Assembly: GCF_009914755.1 (NCBI RefSeq)
Contig: NC_060934.1
Strand: one strand, 5' to 3'
DNA from: the human T2T-CHM13v2.0 reference genome, Homo sapiens
DNA: 64,000 bases
The notes beneath the pieces were generated by a model. The model saw only the letters and a list, made by a program, of their open reading frames with translations, was not told where the DNA came from and searched no databases. Below, in pieces: positions 27,400 to 41,949 of this stretch; the stretch's first letter is position 1; each line of letters opens with the position of its first letter. The position numbers and the translations under genes were made by a program.

Positions 27400-28494
27400 C
27401 CTTGTTCTGGGCCTTCTTTTCCCTCACTTTCTTTCTATCATGACTTTCAATCCAGTAGCCTAAAATGCCATCTATCTTCTAATGACTTGCCTGAGATTCA
27501 CTCTTGTGTATCTAACTGCCTCTTTGCCCCATGAATTTTCAGATATGTCCAAAACATACCTCTTGGTTCTCCTCCCCACTCTTGCTTCTCCCTCAGTCTT
27601 CCCTTTCAAGATAAATGGCACCATCAGCCAACCAGGAGGTCAAACCAGAAACCATTGGCTTCTTTAATTCCATTACTCTTCCCTTCCTATCCCACAAGCA
27701 CCTACTTACACCCACATTTAAGAACCTTTTAACCATCTACTCATCCACAAAACTTAGTTCTTCCTTCAACAGAAATCTCAAATTCAGCAACTTCCCTACA
27801 CTTCTGCTGCCACTGCCACTATCACCCTGCACCAAGCAAGCCGCTTTCATCTTACCCCTTTTCTGTCACAGTATCCCCCCATCATATTCTCCACATTTAT
27901 ACTCCTAGCTGCTCTACAAACCATTTTTGATTAATATTGGTAAAACAAACGACAATCACTCCCCGGCTCAAAACCATTCTCATTGATTTCTAGCTGTATT
28001 CAGGATGAAACATGCAAACCTTACCAGGGTCCAAATGCCTTCCTAGCATAACCTGTTCACTTCTCTGGTTTTTCCAACATAATTTTTTTCACTCTTCTTT
28101 CTCCCCCAACTCACTACGCTCCAATACCAATGGTCTTTTATCAGTTTCTGGAACGTGTTCCTGGTCTTGATTTAAAGGAAATGTAATTAAATAAAGATCT
28201 CCATAGAAACACTGTCTCTGTCTACTCTGTCTAAATTATTCCCTTCCTATGGTATTTTCCATTTCAGCAGTTTGTCTGTTTCCTTCAAAGCAGCTGATCA
28301 CAGTTGCGATTACATTTACTTGTGACCTTATTTTGTGTTTTGTCATCTGGACGTTATGTTCCAGGAGAGTAGGGATAATATGAATGGTTTTCTCACCATC
28401 AGATCTCCAGTTCAATCACAGAGTAATAACATTATAGGCAATCAAGGGTAGACACATGCAGGACATACCCAATAAATAATTGTTGAATGAATGA
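27400..28494 (+). mobile_element. L2 LINE 3' portion
   Basis: tatctaactgcctc...tcagtcttccct...aaatggcaccatca...; ends caataaataattgttgaatgaatga. Confidence 0.8.
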
Positions 28495-29009
28495 TTTAAG
28501 TTCAATTTGTTACAATATTTTATTCAAAATAGAGCAATCATTATTAACAAAACATGAAAGAGAAAAATGAGAGAGAGCTACAGCAGGGACAGCATCGTAA
28601 AAGTTAACTGGGATTTGGGCTTCTATTAGTGGCTTCAGCTCACTAAGATCTTTATACCAAGTCAAGTCAGGAGAGGCTGGAGAGAGAGCTGAGAAGGCTG
28701 GCTGACAAGGCTGTCTACACTCCACCTTACCTGCCATGGTTGTGACCATGCTATGCAGCGGGTCTCCACTGATAACTTTCTTCCTTCAGCCGTGCTTGCC
28801 TTGTTACTGTGTAATCGGGATGTGTTTGTATTTCTTATTTTGGCAGAAACACTCAAGAGAAGGGGCTTCATTTTAGTCTCAACTTACAACTGCTCTCTCC
28901 AATAATTTTTGTGTGTGACATATCCTAATTAGGCTCAGTGTCTTCCTGCATTCCCAGCAACTTGAGTGACAGATCATTCTATTAAATTTGGGGAGCAATG
29001 AGACTAGGG

Positions 29010-29235
29010 CAGGGGTTGGCCAGCAATGGCCTGAAGTCCAGATCCAGCCTGCCAGTTGTTTTTGTAAGCAACAAATTTTTTGGAACACAGCTGCACCCTT
29101 TCATGTACGTATCATTCATGACTGCCTTCCTGCAAAAATATTAGTACTGAGTTGATGGATATTGATGGTGGAGTTCACAAAGCTGAAAAATAACTTACTA
29201 TCTGCCCCTTTACAGGAAAAGTTTGCCAATGTCTG
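29010..29235 (+). mobile_element. MER58A (hAT-Charlie MITE)
   Basis: caggggttggcc...ttggaacacagc...tactatctgcccctttacaggaaaagtttgccaatgtctg; 8-bp TSD gactaggg/gactagag; 226 bp. Confidence 0.9.
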
Positions 29236-29860
29236 GACTAGAGTATGAACTTCTTTATTCTGAGCCTTAGATACAGTATTAGAATAGTTTAACTATTTTT
29301 CTAACATCTCTATTTATACATTATTAATTAATTTCAGGGAAAATTGGATTTTGTTTACATCTTCCAATATCATTTAGTTCAGACTCTATTATGTTCCAGG
29401 CATTTACTTAATCGATAAAGAAAGCTTTTTGTGACCTTTCCATCTCAAGTAATCTCCCACTGCTCTTAAGGCCTATATTGTTTTGCCACCCTAGCACTTT
29501 ATCTCTCATAGAGCTCTATCTCACCTGGTGCTTTATCTCCCGTAGCACACAGCATTTTGACCTTGTATGTGAATCATACGTGTGCATGGCTAATCTAGCC
29601 TACTAGTGTGGCATTGTGTAAAGAAAATTGTATTTTGAGAATGACAGATTGCTAGGCTCTGAGCTGCATACTAGTTGGGATTCTGCCTCTTTTGCTGACC
29701 TGGAAAGTTGTCCAGCGTGTGTCACTTGGTAGACGTTTTATCATGCATGAATGAGTCCGCATTATGCCTCTATATTAATAGAGACTTGCCTCCTTGATTT
29801 TTGTAGATCACAGTAGAACTGGATCTACAATGAACATTATTTAGCATGGCCCATCCCTGC

Positions 29861-29929
29861 CACACACACACATAGACACGCACACACACACAGACACAGA
29901 CACACACACACATACATACACACACACAC
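29861..29929. repeat. Imperfect (CA)n microsatellite
   Basis: Directly visible. Confidence 0.9.
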
Positions 29930-30429
29930 CCCTCACTCTCACTGGTGTCTTGTATCCACTGTTTCTAATCATTAAATAGAGGATAGGTTTGGACACTGTA
30001 CTTTTACAGTCAGTCGTTAGAATCCTAACTCTGTCATTTATTGAGGGACTTTGAACAAGATACAAAAGATGACCTTTAATTTCCTCATCTTTTAAATGTA
30101 GCTAATCACAGCCACCTTCCAGTACTGTAGTAGGAAGTAAATGAGATAGCAAGCACAACTGGAAGGAGCTGGCATAGCTCATAACTCACTGTAAGTGGTC
30201 AGTAGAGGTCAGTTTTGTTCACAACCAAGGCCTGCGACTTCCACTCCAAAATGCTGAGGGAAACCCTGCTTCTCAGTTACCTGAATTGTAGTCTCCAGGG
30301 GTGTGAAAGCCAGGGTGCTTCTTTTAATTTCCTGCTCCCCGTGATTTCAGATCCCCTCATTCAGTCTTTGCCATCCTTGTACATTGCACTACAATCTGCC
30401 ACAGTGTGGAAGCCAGAACTCTGAGTCAT

Positions 30430-31530
30430 TACTGCTGTTCCCTGCATCCTTAAGGCCTCGGAAATATATCTTTACTCAGTCCACTTCTCACTTAGTTTCT
30501 CAGTCATCTGTTTAACCCAAACTATGATTTTATTTTCCCTGGTCTGATTGAAAAATCTTCATCCTGGCCTCCCTCTATCTCCTTCTCCATATGAAAACTA
30601 GAACTTTTTTTTTTTTTTTTTTTTTTTTGAGACAGAGTCTCGCTCTGTTGCCCAGGCTGGAGTGCAGTGGTGCGATCTCCGCCTACTGCAAGCTCCGCCT
30701 CCCGGGTTCATGCCATTCTCTTGCCTCAGCCTCCTGAGTAGCTGGGACTACAGACGCCCACCACAACGCCCAGCTAGCTTTTTGTATTTTTAGTAGAGAC
30801 GGGGTTTCACCGTGTTAGCCAGGATGGTCTCGATCTCCTGACCTTGTGGTCCGCCCACCTTGGCCTCCCAAAGTACTGGGATTACAGGTGTGAGCCAGCG
30901 CACCCGGCCTAAAAAAACTAGAACTCTTAAACACATATATCAGACAATGTCTTTTCAAAAACTCCTAATGATTTCTAATGAAGATTAACATAATATCAGA
31001 TCCCTATGCAGTGGTCTACAGGCTGTCATGGAGATGCCTCTAAATTAATTGCATATCTTGGAGTTTGTTCACAGTATACCAGGCTCCAGGTCCCATGAAC
31101 TGATGTCAGTAGCTTTTAAGACCAAATTATTTTCTGCCTCAGCACTTTTGAACATTTTATGCCTCCTCCTTGTAAATCTTTCTGCCTCTGTTTGCAAAGG
31201 TCATTCTTTATATCCATCAGGTGTCAGTTAAAATTATACTGTTGGAGATCTCTATGAATACTCCATTCTTTTTGTCATTCCTTTTCTTAGAATCCTGTTT
31301 TTCCTGCTTATTCTTACAACAATTTGTAATTTTATAGGTAGATAGCTAGCAATCATTTACTTATTTTTGTTTGACATTCCTATTACTTTGTGTACTCTGT
31401 GAAGGCTGAACTATGTCTACTTCATTCATTCATTCATTCATTCATATATGCTCAGACCCAGTGCATTTTTTTTTTGCTATATAGTAGTGCTTAATATATT
31501 ATTCTTGAATGAATCAATCATTTGATCAAT
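30430..31530 (+). mobile_element. L2 remnant interrupted by AluY; contains (TTCA)6 at ~31421-31444
   Basis: tgtactctgtgaaggctgaactatgtct...tagtagtgcttaatatattattcttgaatgaat (L2 terminus); 5' boundary approximate. Confidence 0.6.
30605..30909 (-). mobile_element. AluY
   Basis: Y diagnostics (gcaagctccgcctcccgggttcatgccattctc, accgtgttagccaggatggtctcgatctcc); T24 tail; TSD aaaactagaact. Confidence 0.95.
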
Positions 31531-32853
31531 CAACAATGATTTTAGGCAAATTTACCTCTCCCCAGCATATTTTCCTCTGAGCATAAATGGCTCACTGAAA
31601 TTCTGGCCTGTAAATAGAAATGTATATTTCCTAAGAAGACTGCGAGTATACCAATGATTTGAAAAATGAACAGAGGTTCTTACATGACTTTAAGAAGATA
31701 ATTCCCTTTCAAAATGATGCTTTTTCCAAATCTAGTAACAGGACAAAGTAAGATCATTTTGTTGCTTCACTCTTTAACATTTTAATTGTCAAAGAGCTTG
31801 GAGAATTCTCTTTGAGGTTTAGTGCACAGCAAAGTGTAATAAGAAAAAGTATTGGTTTCAGGTTACAATTGGTAAAAGAAATATTTTAAGATGTCTTTCA
31901 GCAATCTTAGTGTTTCTCTGTAATCATAAATTTGAAGGTACTGATTTTACTATATTGGTAGTAATCTTAAAGTTAATACTCTAGCTGCATATCTCAGAAT
32001 GATATACAAAACAAGGATTTCCATTTTATTTGGAATTATAAAATGCTTTTACAAAGCCTGAATTTGTCCATAGCTCATGAATATTCCTTTTGTAGTGTTG
32101 TTTTGCTATTTTAGAATTCAGCAAAAGAAACTTGAATTCAGACTACATTCTAAGCATCAATAAGTATAGCAATCCTATAACACAGGCAAATATAAATGCC
32201 TGTTCTAAAAAAGCTTAAAAAGAAAAAAAAAAGTCCTTACTGAGTATATAAAATATTACGTTTTTACTCATTTAATCATCATCCATGAGGTGACAACTAT
32301 TATCTCAATTTTGCCAGTGGGGAAAGAGTCATACAGAAAAGTCCCTTGTTCAAAGTCACATTGGTAGTAAGTGACTGTAAGGATTTGATTGCAAGTTTCT
32401 TAAACATCAAAGTTCAGGTTCTTTTCATTGCTGATTGCCTTCTGACTTTTTGCATCATCCAGTTCTTTTTCTTTCTCTCCCCCTACCCTTTTCCCCATTC
32501 TCCATTCCCTTTCCCCTACCACCTTGAGACAACCATTCTAATTTACATAATGTGTACATCTGGATTTGTGTGTGTTCTTACATGCATTTTTTATTTACTT
32601 GATGCTAGTTTCCACTTTTTTGATTAAACATTCTATTTTTCAGCTCACGTTGTTGTGTGAGCATATAATCTATCACTTCTCATTGCTGCATGATTCTGTC
32701 CATTAATGGAAAACCTGTTTTCTTCTAACCTTCTACCATCATAAATTACTCTGCAGCTAAAAGGCCTATGTCACTTATTTTTAGTGCATTATTTTTAGGT
32801 TATACCGTATATATATATATATAATATTTATATAATATATACTTCTTGTGCCT

Positions 32854-33091
32854 AAAGTTCTTTACTTCCTCCAAGTCATAAAGATATTTTCTCATGGTTT
32901 TTTCTTATATCTATAGGTTTACATCTTAGATTTAGATTTTTATTCCACCTTTGTATCTGCTGTTAGCTTAGTTCCAGTTTTATTTTGATATATAGTATGA
33001 GCCAGTATTTATAATACGATCTATTAAACAATTAAATAGTTTAAATATTTTTGTATTGTATTCACAAAAAGGAACTTATTTTTAACTTCTA
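32854..33091. repeat. Copy 1 of ~238-bp near-identical local duplication
   Basis: Matches 33583-33822 with 5 substitutions and two 1-bp indels (hand alignment). Confidence 0.95.
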
Positions 33092-33146
33092 TGTGTGTAT
33101 ATATATGCATATATACATGTATACACATATATACACATACATATAT

Positions 33147-33387
<241 letters not shown>

Positions 33388-33582
33388 TTACAACCATTTT
33401 TTTTGCCAATTTAATTGGTGTAAATGATATTTATTGTTGTTTTAATTTATCTGATTACTAATTAAGCATCTCTTTGTTTACCTATTAGCATTATTAGTTT
33501 GGCAGTCTTAAATATCACAAATATCCTTCTTCATTCTGTAATCTATGACTTTTTTTGCTTATTTTTTGCTGCCTTTGCTTTA

Positions 33583-33822
33583 AAAGTTCTTCACTTCCTC
33601 CAAGTCATAAAGATATTTTCTCATGGTTTTTTCTTATATCTATAGGTTTACATCTTAAGATTTAGATTTTTATTCCACCTTTGTATCTGCTGTTAGCTTA
33701 GTTCCAGTTTTATTTTGATAATATAGTGTGAGCCAGTATTTATAATATGATCTATTAAACAATGAAATAGTTTAAATATTTTTGTATTGTATTCACAAAA
33801 AGAAACTTATTTTTAACTTCTA
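33583..33822. repeat. Copy 2 (probable donor) of ~238-bp duplication
   Basis: Direct repeat of 32854-33091, collinear with the surrounding L1 remnant. Confidence 0.95.
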
Positions 33823-36800
33823 GAGAAAGAAAAGTGACTCTTAATATTATAACGCCTTTCCCATAATAGAGTGTACTGGTATTTTTTTTAAAATAAGTGC
33901 AAGTCATATTTTATGCCTGTTTTGAATCTGATCAAAAAAAGTTTTTCCTATTTGTGTGAGTCTGTAAAGGCACATTTCCTTTTGTTTTTTCTGCTTTAGC
34001 CTAGAGTTCTCGTTGGAACTGACATGACATAGGATTTTACATTGAATAGTTAAAGAAAAAATAACTCTTTTTCCCCCCAGCAATTAATATACCACTATCG
34101 ATATAATGTGATTTTATCAGTTTAAATGGAAAACTGAAATTAAAGAGAAATTCTCTATTAAAGATAATTTATTAAAATTGGTAAATTATATGCATTTGAA
34201 TAAAAAAAATCATTAACAGACTTTTATTTCTTTTCCAAATATGAAGATGAAAGTGTAGATTTCAGATACATATAAAATGCATGTTTTATTATAGCATTAT
34301 ATGATTTTAATAGAATTATTTTCCACTAAATGATGGTTGCTTAAGAATTTTGGAAGAATGGAATTTTTGAAGTATGAGCTAGAACTGAAGGGAAGATGAA
34401 GAGTCCGAAATGGTTCCTAATTCCATTAGGGGAAAAAGACTTTTCAATCAGTCACTCGAGTGTCCACAGAGAAACGTCTGATGCTATTTCAGGGGATAAT
34501 CTAGTGGAGGAAGATGGCCTCAATTGAAATGCTTAGTTGATTATGTAGTTCATTCCAGAATAAATAGGCTATTTACTTTGTCTGAAAGTTCAATAGATTT
34601 GGATTTCAGTCAAATGGAATGGCATTAGATCTTTCTTTATGAATGTTGATACAAGTGTGTTTAGAGAGGACTTCTGTCAGTTTTTATTAGTAATATTCTT
34701 ATTGGTTGAGTTTTCTTCTCCCTCATTTGCTCAGTGCTCCAATTTTGTGGAGGTCATTTTATTTTTGACGTTATGACATAGGCAAGTAGAAGCCTCTAAG
34801 ATTTTTTTTAAAAAACCCTGTTACAATGTTTTATTCTTATAATTTTGTAACTTTCTTAATCAAATGCTGTGGAGACAAACTGCAAGAGGAAAGGTTCTTT
34901 TTAAGGGTACACACATGTTGGAGATGAAATTCCTTGAGTTTTTGGGAGAAAATAAGAAACCTGCTGATTCTCTGAGCTAGAATAATTTATACTTTTCTAT
35001 GAACATTAGAGAAGTGATATACTTTAAGGTGTGAGGACAAAAACTTGCAAAAAAACAACATTGCATTTGAATTATAGATGGCATCTAAATGATAAAATGT
35101 ATAAAAATATCCCTAAAAGATAATTTCTTTGTCATAATTGAGAGGGGAGCAGTAGCGTATAGGAGAGTTTGCCACACAGAAGATCAAATTTCAGCTCTGA
35201 CATTTCCTACTTTGAGAATCTAGCTGAATTACAATTCTAAACTTTTGTCCTTATCAGTAAAATGTCTATATCTGACAGTATACAAGGGGTATCTTTTGTG
35301 CCTAGCTTAACTGGGCCCTCAGCTGTTTATTTTTTTAATTTTTCCTTCTGTCCTCCATCACCATTCCCAGATTCTTACATTAAGGACAACTAAGCTAAAC
35401 ATTACTCATAAGGAAGACACCTTGTTTGTTTTATTAATAGCTAGTTTAGCACATAATACATTTTAAATTGTCTGCCTATGACTAATGGCAAAAGGTGTAA
35501 GTCCGTATTTCTTTAGAGAAGTAAAATAATTGGCCTTTATTTACAGTGATCTTGTAATCTTTGTTCTTTTGTGGTGGTTACTAATTATGTCAGTGTCAAA
35601 CTAATCATATTAAGTAATGGAGGTTAAATTCCCCCAGTGATTTAGAATACAAGAATGGAATATTTTGGCATTAAAGAATGACTTTTCTTTTGGAAGTACA
35701 TCGCGAAGTCTTTGCAATATACATATTTGTCAATTACCATCTGTGTAAAGCAACAGACAGCTGCTCAGTAGCATTTCCTGGAGTGGACTGGAAGGATCTT
35801 TCTCACCATATGACTCTGAGACAGTTAGAGACCCACCAAATTGAAGATTACTTGATGTAAATTCACAGCACATACCTGGTTGATACAGTTTATATTAACA
35901 TGTTTCTTCTAAGAAACAATAAGCTCTTTTTTTTCAATAAGGAAAATATTTTTATCTGGGAAAAACTGTACAACATTTATATAGTGAATGATATTCTTTT
36001 AAAATAATTTGTTATAAGCCTTTCCTAACAGTGGGATATGACAAACTAGAACATGTGCAATACAAGTGATATTTTAAGAAGACACTCAGAAATGTAATCC
36101 AACTTCAATCGTGGATGCCCCCCAGTTTTGTTTGTTTTCTATGTCTGGAATTTTCTTGTCATAAAATTCTAAATTATTTAAGGTGAATATCCTTTGCAAA
36201 AGATGGTGTCTAAATTATGTCTCCAGAAAAGTTAGAAACCTGCAGTTTCAGGAATATTTTCATTGAGTACCCATCAAGTGCCAGAAAATATATTAGGGAC
36301 AAAGAACATTTCTGTAAATAGAACAGGCAATGATATTTGCCCATCTATTGGGCTTGTATTTTCTCTTTGAGTAACCACTATGTGCTAAGTGAAATGTAGT
36401 CAATTTAAAATGGTTTATAAAATAATAAGAAAAAAGTCATTTATAGGTACAACATTCTTTCTAAGGAGTGCAGAAGCTGAAGTTATTGTTTTGCTGAGAC
36501 CTGGAGAGGTTTGCATATTCAAAATTGGGGGAAGAGCTAATTACTTGTATTGTAGAAGAAGACTTTGGAATTCTTGTGGAGGAGATTAGGTGGAGAGAGA
36601 GGGTGGGGGTGTGAGAGAGAGTAAGAAAGAAAAAGTGAAGTACATGTGTTTCCCAAATGTTGTGTTTCTGTACATCTCAGGCAGGGAACCCATTCTCCAC
36701 CCATCTGACCACTTCTGCCTTATTTACAAATTTTGATTTGCTGGAAAGGGAATTCTACTGGCAAATGCACAGTCTGTTTCTCACTGATACACCTTGGCTG

Positions 36801-37199
36801 AGTTTCTACCTACAGTCTGACCCTTTTGAACAGAAAGTGTTAAGGACTTCCCGTTAGGGCTCGTGCTTAAGCCTCAGGTTGAACCTACTTGATCCTTAAG
36901 AAAAGCAAACAAAGCAAAACTCTCAAACAGAAAGCACTGTGTACTTATTTCCTTCCATAAAATTTTATTGTGCACTGTGTTGCAGGGACTTTGCTGAGCT
37001 TCACAAATTTCCTTCATACAACTTTTACTGCATGTAAAAGAGACCCACTCCAAAGTTAAAGTGATATGTTGTCAGAACATGAAATCAAACCAGAAGTAAA
37101 AATACTGGATATGTAAAAAATATAACAGCCTTCTAGTAAATATGCAAAAATCAAAATATGCAAAAAATCAGTCTTCTAGTAAATGCAAACATATTGGAA

Positions 37200-37580
37200 A
37201 CATGATCATTACTGATAACTAGAAATATCTCTAATAGCAGAAAATAAACAGAAAATGGAGAAGACATAATCAAAGAAATAATAAAAGAAAATATGACTTA
37301 AATTTACAATACAAGTGCCCCACCACAATTTAAAATTTTAAAAAGACAAGCTGAAGGCACATATTTATGAAAATTCATAATACTAGAGTTAAAGAAAAAA
37401 ATTTAAGGTCTTTAGAAATAAAAATTAAGTCAAATCCCGGTGATTAGTACTCAAAATGACTTTACACTTTCCAACAGTGATCCTAGAAATTAGAAGAAAT
37501 TGCAGCAATGTATTCATATTCTGAAGGAAAATAACTATCTTTCGGTCTGAATTGTCATGATTATATAAAGGTTAAGTAAA
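37200..37580 (+). mobile_element. HAL1/L1M ORF1 remnant
   Basis: aatcaaagaaataataaaagaaaat...tagaaattagaagaaattgcagcaatgtattcatattctgaaggaaaataa. Confidence 0.55.
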
Positions 37581-38508
37581 TAAGTTACTCCAACTTTCCC
37601 AAGTTAATTTTTTAAAGAAACATAGATCTTGACTTCCAGCTAATACACAAAGTTTTTAACCTGGAGGAAACTGCTAACTGAGCTGTGATGGTAAGTAAAA
37701 TGTGTATTTCTTTTCTTTTGGGTACAATAGCTATATCATTATACAGCAAAGGAGAGAAATTGCTACGCAGGATTTAGTGATATTTTCAAGGATAGCATTT
37801 AATAGGAGAAATTTCTGCTTGAGGTGAAGATCTGTCTGGAAATTTTTGTTAGACTAATTTTTTTAAATGTTAATTATGATGCTATACTTTTTCTGAATCA
37901 GTTCAAGGAGATTAATAGTCAAAAAAGAAGGTGTGCAGACAGTTGCTTAATGAGATCTGAGAAGGAAATTTAGAATCCTATGTTCTTTTCATCATCAACA
38001 GGCATTTTACCTAAAAGTCTAGAAAGACACCATTGTGATTTTTTTTCCTTTGTCCTGTAACTCTTTCCTATGGCTTGGACAGTGACAATAGCATTCGTGC
38101 TGTTCAACTGGCAGGGAACCTAATTATGGCTGTTTTATCTGAAGCTCAGATAATTTCAGAGCTCTTTGAAAAGATTATTACCTTAATCTACCAGTTAAAT
38201 TCTTCAGTGCACTTATGAGAACCATAGCATCAACTCTGTAGATTGTAAGAGAAATCTAGAATTTAGAAAGATGAGGGAGTGAGCAAAATGAGCATTGAAT
38301 TAGATGTCTGGAGACCTAGGTTCTGGAACTATTTTTGGGTAGTTGACCTCATCTTTTTGGAGTGCCATTGCCTAATCAGAAAAATAAGGACGATGGAATA
38401 GGTGGTCTTCTGAATCTAAATTATTTTGTTGAATTTTTTTCTCTACTTTGAATTCTCAAAAATATTTTGCTTTAGAAGCGTTCTATTAGTATGTATAATG
38501 ATGTAAAG

Positions 38509-39357
<849 letters not shown>

Positions 39358-39873
39358 ATGTAAAAGACTTATATATGTTGGTGAAAAGAGCAGACACAGA
39401 GGAAATTCCACACACACATGGATTTAAATCTTGGATTTATTCTTAGGGGCAGTATCATCTGGAATGGATTATTCTGCCTCTCTGAGATTCACCTTCTACA
39501 ACTATAAAAAGAGAAACATGGCACTTAGTTTTCAATATTTTTCAAAAATTGCTAATAGTATAAGTACCTGACATAATAAAAACATTCAATTAATAGCAAC
39601 TGTTATTTGTGTGATGTTTTCTAACTTAAGAACTAGGACATGAATTTAACCACACAGGAATTCTCATTTTTGAGAAGATAAAGAATGAGGAAAATCTGAA
39701 AAATATTGGAAATCATTAATAAAATTCTCCTTTGATCAAAGATTTATTTCGGCATTCCCTAATTTGCCCTGCTCTTGGGTACGTTAGAATACATTTATCC
39801 TACTTTACACTTTGAAAAATTTGTGCAAATGCCATGATTGTAGCATTAGCCTGATTTTTTCCCAGTCTTCTGG

Positions 39874-39896
39874 TTTTTTTTTTTTTTTTTTTTTTT
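39874..39896. repeat. T23 mononucleotide run
   Basis: Directly visible; no adjoining SINE body or TSD. Confidence 0.95.
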
Positions 39897-41108
39897 AACT
39901 CAACATATATTGTGAAACACTCGGGTATTTATTCCTCAGGAAAGTATGACATATGAATGAGAGCTAGAGGATAAGATCTTGTGATAATAAATTTTTGAGG
40001 TTAGTCTCTCTGTGTCCTTGCAGTTTTCGCATGTAACTACTTACTCTGTGGAGTCTACACTTATATGTAAAAGGCAGTTTCTGTGTTAGCTGGTTTATTT
40101 TAAAAAGAAAAGACTTGGGGCAGTGACCATCTCCCTTATCTGAAGACAGTGATATTAGATCATTCCCAGACTGGCCTATTTTGCTTTCACATACTGCAAA
40201 ATGCTTGATATGCCTCATTTTTGTGCTTTAGTAATCATTCAGACTTTGACATGCATTTCTTGAGGGTGTTATAACATGTTTTTGAATTTTCTCCAGGAAG
40301 CACTCTGATGATGTGATGAATAATTTAGCTGGATAACTATTTACTAGAGAAAACACGAAGGATGAAAAAATCTAAACAAACTTTTTTCACTGAGATAAAT
40401 AATGAGGGCACCTACTCTTTTGGCAAACGGTATAATTACTGCTTTCCTGGTTACCAGTGAAATCTGGGATATGCTAATGCTTTGGCATAAACAACTGAAT
40501 ATAAATCTCAATAATTGAAGTTTGACCAAAAGAGGGGTTAAATATGTCTAAGAGGTCAAACACAGAGCAGAAAAAAAAGAATGGGAAATGATCTTAGTCT
40601 GAATCGCAAGATTGCATGTTTTGCTTTTACTCAAAAGAGAAGGAACTGGTATTTAGAAGGAGTTTTTTTTTCAGAGAGTAAGGCGTTCAGAGTCACTGGG
40701 TCTGAGTGTGAATGCTGGCCCACCTGCTATGTGAATGGCCTTGAGCAAGGAAATACATCTCTCAGCCTGGTTTTCCACTTCTCTAATATAGGATCACACC
40801 CTCTGCCTTGGCTACATAAGAGAACTGTTATAAGGTATGCTAAAGTTGCAACTGAGAAAACCTGCCGTAAGCTATAAAGGACTAGGAAATGTCAGAAATG
40901 ATTGTAATGCTGTTGGCCCTTCAGCTGCAGTGCCAGCTGCAGAAATTAAAAGGAGGCTGAAAATTTGATGTTGCCCTTGGAAGTGAGGGGAAACATTGTT
41001 CTCCTCAGCAAACCTGGTCTAACATGTCTGCCAATCCAGTGAACGTATTTCAGCATGTGTCATGTGGGATGCACCTTATGAAGGGCTGTCTATACAGATG
41101 TTAGGGTA

Positions 41109-41465
41109 TATCTTAGTTAATTTGGCTTATAACAAAGTGCCATAGAGTGGGTAGCTCATAACAAATAAATTTATTTTTCACAGTTCTGGAAGCTGGGAAA
41201 TTTGAGACCAAGGACCCAGCATGTTCAGGTTCCTGTGTGGGCTCTCTTCTGGGCTGCAGACGGCCACCTTCTCGCATGTCCCCTCTTAGAAAGAGAATAA
41301 GAGAGCTCTTGGGGGTTCCTTTTATAAAGGCTCTAATTCTGTTTATATGAACTATTACTGATGACGTAATTACCTCCCAGAAGCCCCACCTTCTTATGCC
41401 ATCCTTTTGGGGGTTGGAATTTCAACATATGGGTTTGGAGAGACACAAACCTTCAGTCCATTACA
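41109..41465 (-). mobile_element. MLT1A-type MaLR solo LTR
   Basis: tcttagtt...aaatttatttttcacagttctggaagctgggaa...taattacctcccagaagccccacc...cacaaaccttcagtccattaca; TSD gggta/gggtc. Confidence 0.85.
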
Positions 41466-41949
41466 GGGTCCAAGTTGCTTCATGATCCACAAACTACCAA
41501 AATCTAATACTTGATACAAATTCACCCAGAAAAACATTAGAATACAGGGATCTGTCTTGTTCTAAAATGGGAATTTATTATGCTTAAACCAAACCTTATA
41601 GTGAATCCTTGAAAATTCAGACCAGAGTCTGAATGTACCCCTCTAGGGTACTTACCACTTGGATATTTCTAGTAATTTATAATGAGCATTGAGACTGCCC
41701 ATTCAGATATATTCATATACTTCTTTAAATAATCAAAACGTGTTTTCTCTTCCCTTCTATTTACTGCTGATTTTCATTCTACCTAACTTCTCTGCAAAGA
41801 TGGTTTACCTTGGTAACTAGCAATAACAATAATAATAATAGTAATAGTAGTAATAGCAAAGGTATCATTTACTTAACTCCATCAGAATTTTACATACTCT
41901 TATTTCTGATTTTATTATTTCTTTACCATGCAAATTTGAACAGAATCAT

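Noticed and set aside
32854-33091. Alu 3' transduction as origin of the duplicated segment
   Set aside because: The donor lies at the target locus on the Alu's 5' side, and the copies are much less diverged than the Alu and its TSD, which argues for a later event.
37640-37696. 51-nt + strand coding exon ending ATG|GTAAGT
   Set aside because: Stops in all three frames and a weak pyrimidine tract; GTAAGT is frequent by chance in 64 kb.
39874-39896. Orphan T23 as a tail-only retroinsertion or processed pseudogene end
   Set aside because: No TSD and no recognisable mRNA or SINE body next to it.
40280-40435. Acceptor ttttgaattttctccag|GAAG as a coding exon
   Set aside because: All three frames close within ~40 nt and there is no good donor.
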